A stretch of DNA of 64,000 nt, taken from Hormiphora californensis (Eukaryota > Animalia > Ctenophora). The first letter of the stretch is position 1. Each line of letters begins with the position of its first letter. Shown piece after piece: positions 25,147 through 37,100 of the stretch. The position numbers were made by a program, and so were the translations under genes. The DNA is taken from positions 4,650,001-4,714,000 of the forward strand of contig CM035361.1 in NCBI GenBank assembly GCA_020137815.1, given 5' to 3'. Under the pieces are notes generated by a model. That model was not told the DNA's origin. It was given only the letters and a program-made list of their open reading frames with translations, and did no database searches.

Positions 25147-28100
25147 GCAGTAAAGGATCTGTTTACAGAATGTACGAGTTTCCCACGATCATTTCTTACA
25201 CGGTACAACCTGCTAATTGGTTCTTACTATCTTCACAGACAGTTTCTTGATAGGGCTGAGCTGTTCCTTCAGGTACTATCAGGAACCAACAACCAATCAG
25301 AACTCGTTATTTAGGTCACGTGACTGGTTATCAGCCAATCAGGGACCAGTATTTCCTGATTCGGTCGGTTCCTGGGTACTATAATTTGTTGATCTTCATC
25401 TACCAAACTCTTTATACCCAACCCCTGTAATGTTTCGTTTTCTTACACTGCCGCTGATAATAATGCAGCAAGCATACTTATATGGTGTTTGGAGCATAAT
25501 AATTGATGATCCTCAAACCCGCGGAGAGAGAGGGTCAAATAAAAGGGTAGAACAAGGCAAGCTCATGCTTTGTCCTGTTCATAATAATAATAATAATAAT
25601 AATAATAACTATGTTTATATTCCGCCCATATCCGACAGGGACAGAGCAGCGAAACTGCTGCTGTCACTGAAGGATGATCTGAACGGTTAATATACTGGTA
25701 AGACCTCGCCAACTTATCCCTAATAGAACAAAAATAATAAAGAAAAATTACACCGGCTCACATTACTATCGGCTCACATAACTATCGGTGACTGATTACA
25801 TAACAGACTGAGTTAGAGTCCTGGAACTCTAAAAAAAAAAAAAAGATTTAAAAGTCCGTATATTGGAAACACAGAAAAACACTCGTGCTATGAAAAACCC
25901 CAATTTATGCTTCACACTTCTGCTCGCCACGAGCTTAAATACAGAAAAATAATTAAAAACGGGTACCAGCTAGAGCACATACCTCAGCAAGAAGGAGAGT
26001 GTTAAGAGGACAGTCCAGTCTCACCAAAAGCCTCAGTGAAAAGACTAGTCTTGAGCTTAGACTTGAAAGATTCCACAGACTCAACAGCTCTCAGATCAAG
26101 GGGAAGCCCATTCCAGACTTCAGGCAGGTAAACCGACGGACGTCTTCTTCTCAACTTGGAAGTCGCGTTGACACTTGATAGCTTAGGGTACTTCAGCTTG
26201 AGGCCATCAGGCCAAGCATTTCCTCTAGTAGCCCGGATCACATGAAGTCCATCATCAACAGGGACCTGATCTTGCAGGTAGTCAGGGGCCAATCCATGTA
26301 CAATCTTGTACGCCATAAGGCATGCTTTGAACGTGACTCGTTGTTCCACAGGAAGAACATGCAATTCTTTCAAGTATGGCATGTAGGTGTCTTGGTGACC
26401 GTGTAGGCCGTGTTCATAATAATAATAATAATAATGTCCCCAATAGGAAGTGCTGAGAGAAGATCCGCTCAACCGATCAGCCCTTGCAGCCTACACTGTT
26501 CTACAGTGTGACAGGGGAAGCAGGGAAAAGGCAGCTGTATTCTGGAGACGGTTTAGGGAATTGTGCTCTAATAATTCATCAGGGTATGTGTATTGTGATT
26601 TACTCTTCGGTTAAAATTAATAAATTAGACTAAAGCAAACTAAGGGCAAACTAAGGGCCAGGTTTCATTGGTGAAGATAACAATTCAATTGTTGTAGTAA
26701 CAATCAAATCTTTCCCTCTCAGTGATCAAAGTACTACTGACAGAGCCGTTGCATTTCAAGTATTGGGTATCACAGTGGCTGCCCGGCAACTATACGAAGC
26801 CAGCCTGGCCTCCCCCTCCACATCTCCCACTGACCGTCTCTTTGTTAGTTTTCAACTGGGACGAATATTGGTGGACCATGCAATTGGTAAGAGCTGAGTC
26901 TGTACTAGCTCTGTACTACAGTACTGTTATATTACTGTACTACAGTACTGTTACAGTTGCTGGGTATACTGTATTAGTACTGTACAGTTACAGAACCACT
27001 AACCAGTACAGTACTATTTTTTCCCTGCCCGGGTGATACTGATTGCCGAAGGCAATCACCCGGGATGATGTTTTTAGCACGCACGTGCTAAAAAGATCAT
27101 TCAGGGTTTAGAAATCAGCAGATTGTGTAGTTAACTAAAATGTCCGTCCGTCCGTCCACCGTTACACATAGCAACAAAGTCTGCTCCTTCATAAATCTTT
27201 CAACTCACACTTTGTTGATGCAACAAAGGAAATGATTAACACATATTGTGGCGCGCAATTACTCACTCGTATCACTTCCTATTTTCACCTGAAATCACTT
27301 TGGGTACTCTACAGCCGTACCATGACGTGATAGCAAGTCTTCCAAGCATGAAACTACTATCACACAATAATTGCAAGTGACTGGTGTTAAGATTACTGAG
27401 GCCTGAGGGTAAAGGTGAAGCGCTTGGTCACCAACTAGGGTCTCCTAAGCAACTGTCTTGGTTATCATAGCAACTGCCTTGGTTACCATAGCAACCACCC
27501 TGGTTGCCATAGCAACTAACATCGTATCAGCCAAAAATTGCTCTTAGAGTGCAAAATTCATCGGAAAATCTGAATTTGAAGCTTAGTCATCAATTTTACA
27601 CCCATCTGGGGCAGGGAAACACCGCATTATGAATACATAATGCAATAATTCTTGTTGGGGAGTGGGGTTGGTCACGTTACTCACGGCCGAGGATTTGGGG
27701 TTTGTTTCTGGGGACTGCAGGGGACTGGGAGGTTTGGTGCCGGATCTAGAGTTAATCAGTTAGGGTTTGGATGACTAATATTTAGTATAACTTACTTTCA
27801 TTTGCTTGAAGCATCATACACTAAAACAAATGGCCGAGTTAAAATCCCTTTTTTTCAGGGAAGGTGTTTTTTGAAGAAAAAATGGTTGATCGAGGTATCG
27901 CCTTGCTGACAAATATTCAGAAAGCTTTCCCAAGAGGATTTATACTCAACACAAGCATACTGGTACGCTGCAGATACTTATTACTAGGCTGCAGATACTT
28001 TTAAAACACCCTCCACCATAATATTGAGATATGGAGTCAAGTTTATGACCAATTGTTTCAACAACACTCGAATCTCCCTTTCTCTCCATAGATCGAAGCG

Positions 28101-31100
28101 TTGAACTTCAAGTGGTCCCAACGACACAGCGGGCCCCACCCTACATCAGTTGGAATTGTACAGTCCTTGATGGATTGTAGTAGTAGCGTTGGAAATCTAG
28201 AGCCGTCTTACCTTGTCGCCAAAATCCTGTAAGAATGAAATACTTTCAATTCCGTATTGGTGGTGTCCGATTTGTACCTCACATTATCCCCAATTTGTGC
28301 ACACTAAAGGTTGTCAAACTTTGCAGTTTATTGCTGTTTACCATAAATTTGAGCTGGGGGGTTCGTAGCCTATAATGGGGGTTCCTAGTTGGTTACGAAG
28401 TCACCCTTGTTATTATTATTGCATATTGGGGTTACAGTGGCCAGTGGGGCCCCATGGCCCCACTGGCTCTCTCTCATTCATACGTTGCTGCTGCTGTACT
28501 GCTACTGGTACATTCTACTTCCTAGCTACCGTGTGTGTGCACCCTTTACCTGCATCGTGAATCAAACATCTGAATAGCTTGAGAGAGAGAGAGAATTTGA
28601 TTGTTAACAAAACTTGATTTGTCAATCTGTGAATATGACAAAGACACGCTCTGCTTCTAAATCTGACTCTGTATCCAGCCCGATTCTTGAAATCTTTAAT
28701 GATCCAGAAAGTGTCAACATCAGCTCGATAGAGGATTTGAAGAAACACTTTAACAGCCCTGCTAGTGTTGAGGATGTCCTCCTTGCTCTGTTTTGTATGA
28801 GTCGTCAGCAGCGGCAATTTCTGATTTGCCGCATACGGCGTCTAGACGGCGTCGCAACGCCGTCTAGACGGCGTCTAGACGGTATACCGTCTGGACGGGT
28901 TTCGGTGAAATCAGCTAAAAACGGTACCGAAATTGCTTGAGACGGGTTATAGACGGTATCAGACGGTCTCTAGACGGGTTATAGACGGTATCAGACGGTG
29001 TTGCGACGGTATCAGACGGTCTCTAGACGGTGTCTAGACGGTACCGTCCCGGCGTCTGGACGGCGTCTGGACGGTGTCTAGACGGTATCCGTCCGAAGTT
29101 GAGACGGCACGTCTGAAAATTGTACCAGACGTTGAGACGGACTTTTAGAACTCCGTCTGTATTTCAGACGGAGTTTTAAAAGTACGTCTCAACGCAGTCT
29201 AAAGGAAAATCGATGAAAGTACCGTCTAGACAACGTCTCAACTGAAACCGGTCAACATACCGTCTAAACAACGTCTAGACAACGTCTAAACAGAATCTCG
29301 CGATTCAGTTTCAAATACCGTCTAGACAACTTCTCCAGCAATTTCGATAAGAATACCGTCTAAACAACGTCTAGACAACGTTTCAAATAATGATGTCTAG
29401 ACTCGACCGTTTTCGAAGACCATTCTGGATTACCCATGCCAGTTGGAATTAGTGGTAGATGTGTGCCTATTGAATGAAAATTACACATGTGTTTAACCAG
29501 CACAGTCGTACCGCGATGCTCGGGGACGGGAAAGGGGTTATCCTCCCGGTAATTTTCGTACCCAACTTCTTACATTCAACCAAACTGTTTTGGTATCTCC
29601 ACATTCACTCTTACATCCAGCTATCGCGTTGTAATACAACTGTGAGATACTGTCTATGGCTGATACTATCAGTGATAGATAGTGTCGGTTATGAGACGTT
29701 GTTTAGACGGTATCTGTATCGGATTCGCTTAAGACGTTGTTTAGACGGTATTCGTATCGAAATTGCTGGAGAAGTTGTCTAGACGGTATTTGAAACTGAA
29801 TCGCGAGATTCTGTTTAGACGTTGTCTAGACGTTGTTTAGACGGTATGTTGACCGGTTTCAGTTGAGACGTTGTCTAGACGGTACTTTCATCGATTTTCC
29901 TTTAGACTGCGTTGAGACGTACTTTTAAAACTCCGTCTGAAATACAGACGGAGTTCTAAAAGTCCGTCTCAACGTCTGGTACAATTTTCAGACGTGCCGT
30001 CTCAACTTCGGACGGATACCGTCTAGAAACCGTCCAGACGCCGTCCAGACGCCGGGACGGTACCGTCTAGACACCGTCTAGAGACCGTCTGATACCGTCG
30101 CAACACCGTCTGATACCGTCTATAACCCGTCTAGAGACCGTCTGATACCGTCTATAAACCGTCTCAAGCAATTTCGGTACCGTTTTTAGCTGATTTCACC
30201 GAAACCCGTCCAGACGGTATACCGTCTAGACGCCGTCTAGACGGCGTTGCGACGCCGTCTAGACGCCGTATGCGGCAAATCAGAAATTGCCGTCAGCAGC
30301 GTGAGAATGAGATCCATCTTGAGAAGAAAGTAGTCAGTCTTACCACTGAAGTTGAGCGCCTTACTACTGATCTCGAGAAAGTGGAAGACAGGTTGCTTCG
30401 GTCCGAGGCGTATCAGGGAAGGAACACTGTCTTACTAGCTGGTGTACCCGACTCCACCAACGAGACCCAGAAACAGCTGGAGAACAAGGTTGTCACCGCC
30501 CTCAAGCTCGCTGACCCCACTATCAGACCAGAACACCTTGGTATCGTACATCGGAACAAGGCAAGGCCTGCTGGTCGGACGGTTACAGTCGTCTTCAACC
30601 GTGCCCGACAGAAAGACACCGTGATGAGGAAACAGGGTAGAAACAAGATGAAGAGGATTAACTGTTCGGAGACCTGCCCACCTACTTGTACTGACCACCG
30701 GGGAGTTGCAGCAATGCACAGACTATCACCAGCCCTGGCTGATCGCAAGAAGGAAATTGAGAATTTACCGAGTGTTGAATGGGTGTGCTTTTCAGGCCAC
30801 CGTCTTTTTACAGTGTGCTATGACAAAGACAAAATTAAACACAACGTAATCCGAGCAAGTGATCTTGAAATGGATTAGTTGGCAGTGAATTTCTGTGTGT
30901 TAAGGAATGTGTTTTATTGGAATGTGCGTGAGAATAATTCTCTACCTCCTGCACACATTTTTTCTTAAACTTGCTGTTAACTTCCCTATTTTACCTCCTT
31001 TACCTGTTTTTTAATACCCCTGTTTTTACCCTCTAGTTACCTACTCTTCCTTTTTGACCCATTTATCCATTTTTAATCCCACTAACAATCATTCTCTCTC

Positions 31101-34100
31101 TCTCCATTACTGCATGTCTGTTATGTTTTCATCGTGTGCTGACGTGGAGGTCTGGGCTGTGGCGGTGCTCCTGTGGCGATCTACTATCTCGAGGCTGGTG
31201 TGTGTGTCTGTCTCTTACTATGTATCAGGTATTTCAATTACCCTACTAGTTGTCTCTAACCCCTCTATTGTAAATCCTGGTCCTAGAAAACTCAAAGTTA
31301 TCTTTGCCAATGTTCAGGGTTTGGTTAGTCCTGGTCATGTTGGATCAGCTGACCCTCCCCTGAATATGGCCAAGGTATATGAAATTCAGGACTATGTTTA
31401 CAGAAATGATATTGATATAGTTATTTTTAATGAGACGTGGCTAAAATCTAAAATTGATTCTTCCCTAGTTTTCCCCCGTAACTATAAAGTTTTCCGTCAA
31501 GATAGAACTGGGTACACACACCCCCGTGACCCCAATAACCCTCTTAAGTTTAGGGAAAATGGGGGTGGTGTACTTATAGCCCATCGTGAGAATATTGATG
31601 TTACCAGTGTTCGTTTCTCGGGTGTTAGAGCTAGAGCCGAGTTATTAACTATCTCCCTTTCTTTCTCTTCTGGGAAGAAACTATGTGTTTCGACTTTCTA
31701 CAGAGTCGGAAATTTGAGTGAGGATAATTTTCTTCAGTTTAAAGAACATTTTAATGCTATTTTCTCTCGTCGTAATGTTTGCAAGCATGTACTTGTTGGA
31801 GATCTAAACTTTCCCGGTGTAGATTGGCCTCTGTCCTATCCCCGCACCGGGATCGAAGACAGTTTTCTGCGGTACCTGCTAGATGACTTGGGGCATAGTC
31901 AAATGATTAATACCCCCACACATATTGGTGGACGTATTTTAGATCTCTGCTTTACAAATGATCCTGAGTGTGTAAATAATTTTGATATTCTTGATTCTGA
32001 TGTGCTATGCTCGAGTGACCACTTTCCTTTTACTTTCAATATTAACATGGACGTGAAAAATGTGAAAGAGGACCGACGTAAAGTGTTACTATTTGATAAG
32101 GGTGATTTTGAGAGTATATGTGCTGACTTGAGTGCCATTAACTGGACTAATGTTTTTACTGGTGACATGGAGTATAATGTTTCTGCTTTTAATTCCATCA
32201 TCACTTCACTCATTGAGAAGTATATCCCCACTAAACTTGTTAAAAATATTGTCCTTCCCATTTGGTGGAGTAGCGAGTGTGAGAATGCCAGAACTAGAAA
32301 AGAGAATCTGCGTAAGCGTTATAAGAGTTCGGGTCTGAAATCTGATTATGACAATTTTAGTGCTGCTCGTTCTTATTTTAAAAATGTTTGTGATTCTAGA
32401 AGTAGAAATTGTCTTGATATTGATGATACTGATAACATTAGTAAGAAGTTTTGGAGACAGGTGAAGGTAAACTCCAAATCTACTCGGATACCCAACATTG
32501 TTAATGATGGTGTGGTGTTCAAGTCAGATTCGGAGGGACAATCTAACTTGTTCAACCAGCACTTTGTTTCTAATTTCTCTAGTCCTAGTAACTACAATAT
32601 TGAGGAGACTGTTGAAAACATTTTTGATGCTGGGGATTTAGCCTCTTATGAATTCAGTGGAAGTGAGATACACTCCGTTCTATCTGCCCTGAATGCTCGT
32701 AAGGGGCCTGGCCCTGATGGTATCCATAGCATTGTCTTTAAAAAGTGTGCTGGTGTACTTGCATATCCCCTATCCCTGCTCTATAACCAGGCCTACTTCA
32801 CTAGTGACCTCCCGTCCATCTGGAGATCCGCTAATGTAGTACCAGTCCACAAGTCAGGCGATAAAAGAGATGTTAGAAACTACAGACCTATTTCTCTTAC
32901 TTGTATAGCTATGAAAGTTTTTGAGAGAATGATGAGTAACCGACTTCTTGACCTCTGTTTTGACAAGATTGATCGACGACAGCACGGTTTTCTCCCTGGG
33001 AGATCTTGTCTAAGTCAAATGATTTCTTTCACGGACACCCTCTTCCAGACTGATAACAACCGACTGACAACTGACATTATATATACCGATTACAAGAAAG
33101 CTTTTGATAGTGTCAGTCATGATATCATCTTGGAGAAGCTTACATCCAAATTTGGTATCACGGGTAAATTATTGGGTCTTATTCGTGTTTATCTTATGGG
33201 CCGTACCCAAAGAGTTGCTGTTGGAGGTAGTCTCTCATCCCCCCTGGCTGTTGCTAGTGGGGTACCACAGGGGAGTATTATCGGTCCCCTCTTGTTTGTT
33301 CTGTTTATGAATGACGTGTATGACTGTCTCGAAGGTGATTGCGAGTGTCTTGTTTATGCTGATGATGTCAAGCTCTTTAATAAAATCACTAGTTTTAGAG
33401 ATCACTTAGACCTACAACTCAGTATTGATAACTTGTATCGATGGTCAGTTGATAATAAGATGACTCTACACCCCCTTAAATGTAAAGTAGTTTCTATTTG
33501 TTCTTCTCGTTGTGTGCAAACCTGGGGTCAACTTCCTTTCTTTTATATGAACTATACATTGAATGGAGTTGATCTTATCGGTGTTGACTCTCAGAGAGAT
33601 TTGGGTGTTTTTGTGTCACAAGATTTGTCATGGAAATATCATATAGACTTTATACTTCAGCAGTTCACTGACCGTTTCAACATGCTTCGTAGAACTGTTC
33701 ACTTCATTAAGAACATTCACCAGAGACGTATACTGTACCTCTCTCTTGTTAGGTCCCTTCTTGAGCACTGTCCCCAGGTTTGGGCCCCCACTCAGGTGGG
33801 TCTCCGTGTAAAGCTTGAGGCAGCTCAGAAGAGGGCCATCAAGTGGGTGTATTGCGTCAATCCCATTGTGAGTTGGAGTGAGGAAATATATTATCTTAAC
33901 TTATCCAACATTAGTATTCTCCCTATTCACCTTCACTTTCTCTTTAATGATCTCAAGCTGTTCTACAAAGTTATTTCGGGTATTATAAATCTTGATCTTC
34001 CCCCTTATCTCTTTCTTAAGAGCCCTACTGACATCTCTTACCGAACCCGGGCTAACCGTGACATAATTGACCTTGTCGATTTCACCACGGTTGGCTGTAC

Positions 34101-37100
34101 TGTTCAACCTCTGAGCGCAGCCTTTAGAAACAGCTTTTTTGTCAGAACTTACCCTAAATGGAATGAACTCCCAGTCGAAATCAGACAATCATCTTCCCTT
34201 GATATTTTCTCGATTGGACTGAAGACCCGCCTATTTAAATCTATTACACCCCCTGCTCCCCCTTAACTTTCCCAGCTACTACAGACACACCACTCCAGCT
34301 CTCCTGCCTCGGACGCCGCCATTAGACCACCTCCCTCCTCTTCAGCGCACCGTTATCTTCTTCTACCAGCATGCAGTGAAGGGTTGAGAGTTGAGAACTG
34401 TTTTTATAGGTTTAATTAAGAACAATTTTTAATAGATATTTTTACTCTGGGTGCCACCTGTTATAGTGGACTGACTCCATGTTGGTGGAGCCCGGGACGT
34501 GCGGCTTTATTTATTGACATTTATTTATTGTATATAACGTTCTAATTTTTCCATGATAAAAAAAATGGGGGTTCCTACTATTATAATGGGGGGTCACCAT
34601 GACGTAGCATATATTACAACAAAAATGCAACCTCCCCAGGTTCAATGTCACTCGCTTCTCGGATGCAAAGAAGATTCTGGAGACTCTACCCACTAAAACA
34701 AGTGCCACGCTGGAATTACTGGCTAGTTGTTGGGTGGCGCTCGGTGATCAGATATCTGCCCTTAGTGTGTTCGAGGAGGCGAGGTGAGCCAAGAATTTAG
34801 AAGTTGTATGGAATTATAAATCTAGAATGTTAACAACTCCCAGCTTGGTATAATGGCCTAACATCTTACGGTGAGAGATTGCCCAGCAATCGAAAAAGAA
34901 TTTCCCTCGGTGTACCCTTGTAAATTAGACGAGAAGGATCTTTGTTTTTCCACTTTTCACACTTCTATGTTTGATCAAGCTTTGTTTCCGAATTTCACAC
35001 TTGCACCAGTGCTACTAAGTAAGATATCTTTAAGGAGAAGTTCAACTTCCGAGACTAATGATTGATCCAAACAATTGGTGTTTTGTTTCTCATTTCGATT
35101 AGTTCAAGCTCCAGGTAACACTTTCTCGAGTACTTTCACTAGCATCTCTTCACAGAGCAAGAGACTAATGATTGAAAAGATTTACTAGCGCGAGTATAAC
35201 AATACAGCCGGATTAGCTAGATGAATAGGTTGATTAAGAAACCACGTGTTGTTAGTTTTACACCTTACTCGACACCTGCCAACAAGAGCCTAGTATATTA
35301 ACCCCCCCCCCTCACTACTCACTACCACTACCGACCACTACCGACTACCGACCACTGGAAAAGAAGAAGAAGATGAAGTTCCTGATTGTTCTACTGATCG
35401 CCCTGGCCCACGCTAAGGACGATGGACTGAAGACCATCCTTCAAAGTCCCACCAAGACCCTGGAGCTCTACAAAAAGTTCAAGGGAGAGCAGCACCTCCA
35501 GTTTAGCTCTGCCGAGGAAGGGATGAGGTTCAGGCTGTTCAAATTGAGTGCCCATTTTGTTGCCAGCGAGAATGATGTTGAGGGAGAGACCGCCCACTTC
35601 GCACTCAACATGTTCTCCACGATGGCGGAGGCTGAGAAGCAGTCCTACCTGGGGCTCAATGTTACCGGACATGAAAATGATAACGATGATGTTGCAGATG
35701 ATCTCCTAGCTGAGGGAGTTTCCGCTCCCAGTGAGAAACTCTGGACGAACGAGGGAAAGGTGACACCGGTGAAAAACCAAGGTTCCTGTGGATCTTGCTG
35801 GACTTATGGAGCTGTCGGAGGTCTGGAGACGAGGTACGCTACCAAAACCGGTGTACTGAGAAACTTCGCCGAGCAGGAGTACCTTGACTGTGTCTACAGC
35901 ACCCGAAACGGATGTAATGGAGGATGGCCCGATGATTGTTACACATACTCTGCTAGATACGGACGACTGGCACCTTCCTCTTCTTACTCCTACCGTGGAT
36001 ATGATAGTACCTGTAAAAGGAACTTCCATAATGACGGTCTTGTAGCCGCAACGATTAACGGTAAGATATCCGTAGGAGTATCTGAGTCCCAGAACATTGC
36101 TGCACTGGCTCATGGTTCCCTTTCTATGGCTTTCCAGGCGACAACCCGGTTCTTGAGTTATTCTGGAGGAATCCTGTCAGACAACACATGCACGGGGCGA
36201 GCTAATCATGCTGTTACTGGAGTGGGTTACACCTCTGAATATATCCTGGTTAAAAACTCCTGGGGAAGCAGTTGGGGTGATCGCGGTTTCGTCAAATTCG
36301 CCCGGGGATACCCTAGTGACTGCAAGCTGTTCGCCCACTCTAGCTACCCTGCCCTCAGTTCCACTGGATACCCAGATTCTGGGTCCGATGCCGCTACCAC
36401 CTACAACCCCAAGCCGTGTGAGAATACCGTCAGTGGGGAGTTGTGCAGGCAGTATGATGACGCGTACAATTACTGCAAGTACGATTGGTTTAAGGAGGAC
36501 TACTGCAGGAAGTATTGTACTAAGTGCAGTGACTAGTGGTACGCCATACTTTGTGACGACATGGAGTCTGGAGACATGAGCACATATGTGCTAGACAAGA
36601 CTACTGCAGCTGCACTGCAGCTCCCCCTAAAGACTAGAGGAGAATATGTAGATTGTAGTTCTAATTCAAATTTATTGATTTAATAAATTATTATGCATTG
36701 AAAACTACGGGTGTTTCATGAGCCATGGTTCACTAATTTCGCTATTGGTTACTTTCAAATCATGCACTCATATGTGATGTCTCACACCCGTCGACGGAAA
36801 TATGAGTATTTGAGTATTTCATACTGACTAGGGAACCCATCAAGTTGAAGCCCCGTCGACTACGAAAATCGTGCTAAAAGGAGTTTGGGTTAATCAATCA
36901 GTGGTTTCCTGTACTGCTGCAGTATACACGCCATTTATTTATTTTAACATTTGAAGTCAGTTAGTGATTTCCTCATTCTTCTTTTTGGCAGCTGATAACA
37001 GTTTATTTGATGTAGGTTACCCAGCTGCCCTACGATGCATGATTCCTATAACAACTATAATGGCTAGGAAAAAATCAATGGGGTGTTACACTGTTACACA

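Larger units (their letters stand above)
28300..34530 (+). mobile_element. Near full-length CR1/L2-group LINE inside a TPR-gene intron
   Basis: ORF1 plus intact APE-RT ORF2, hairpin-like 3'-UTR (~34447-34496) and TTTA-rich tail; ends are approximate. Confidence 0.88.

Noticed and set aside
34844-34870. 27-nt AG/GT-bounded cassette after the TPR exon
   Set aside because: It introduces an immediate stop in the host frame; cannot be told from chance without RNA data.
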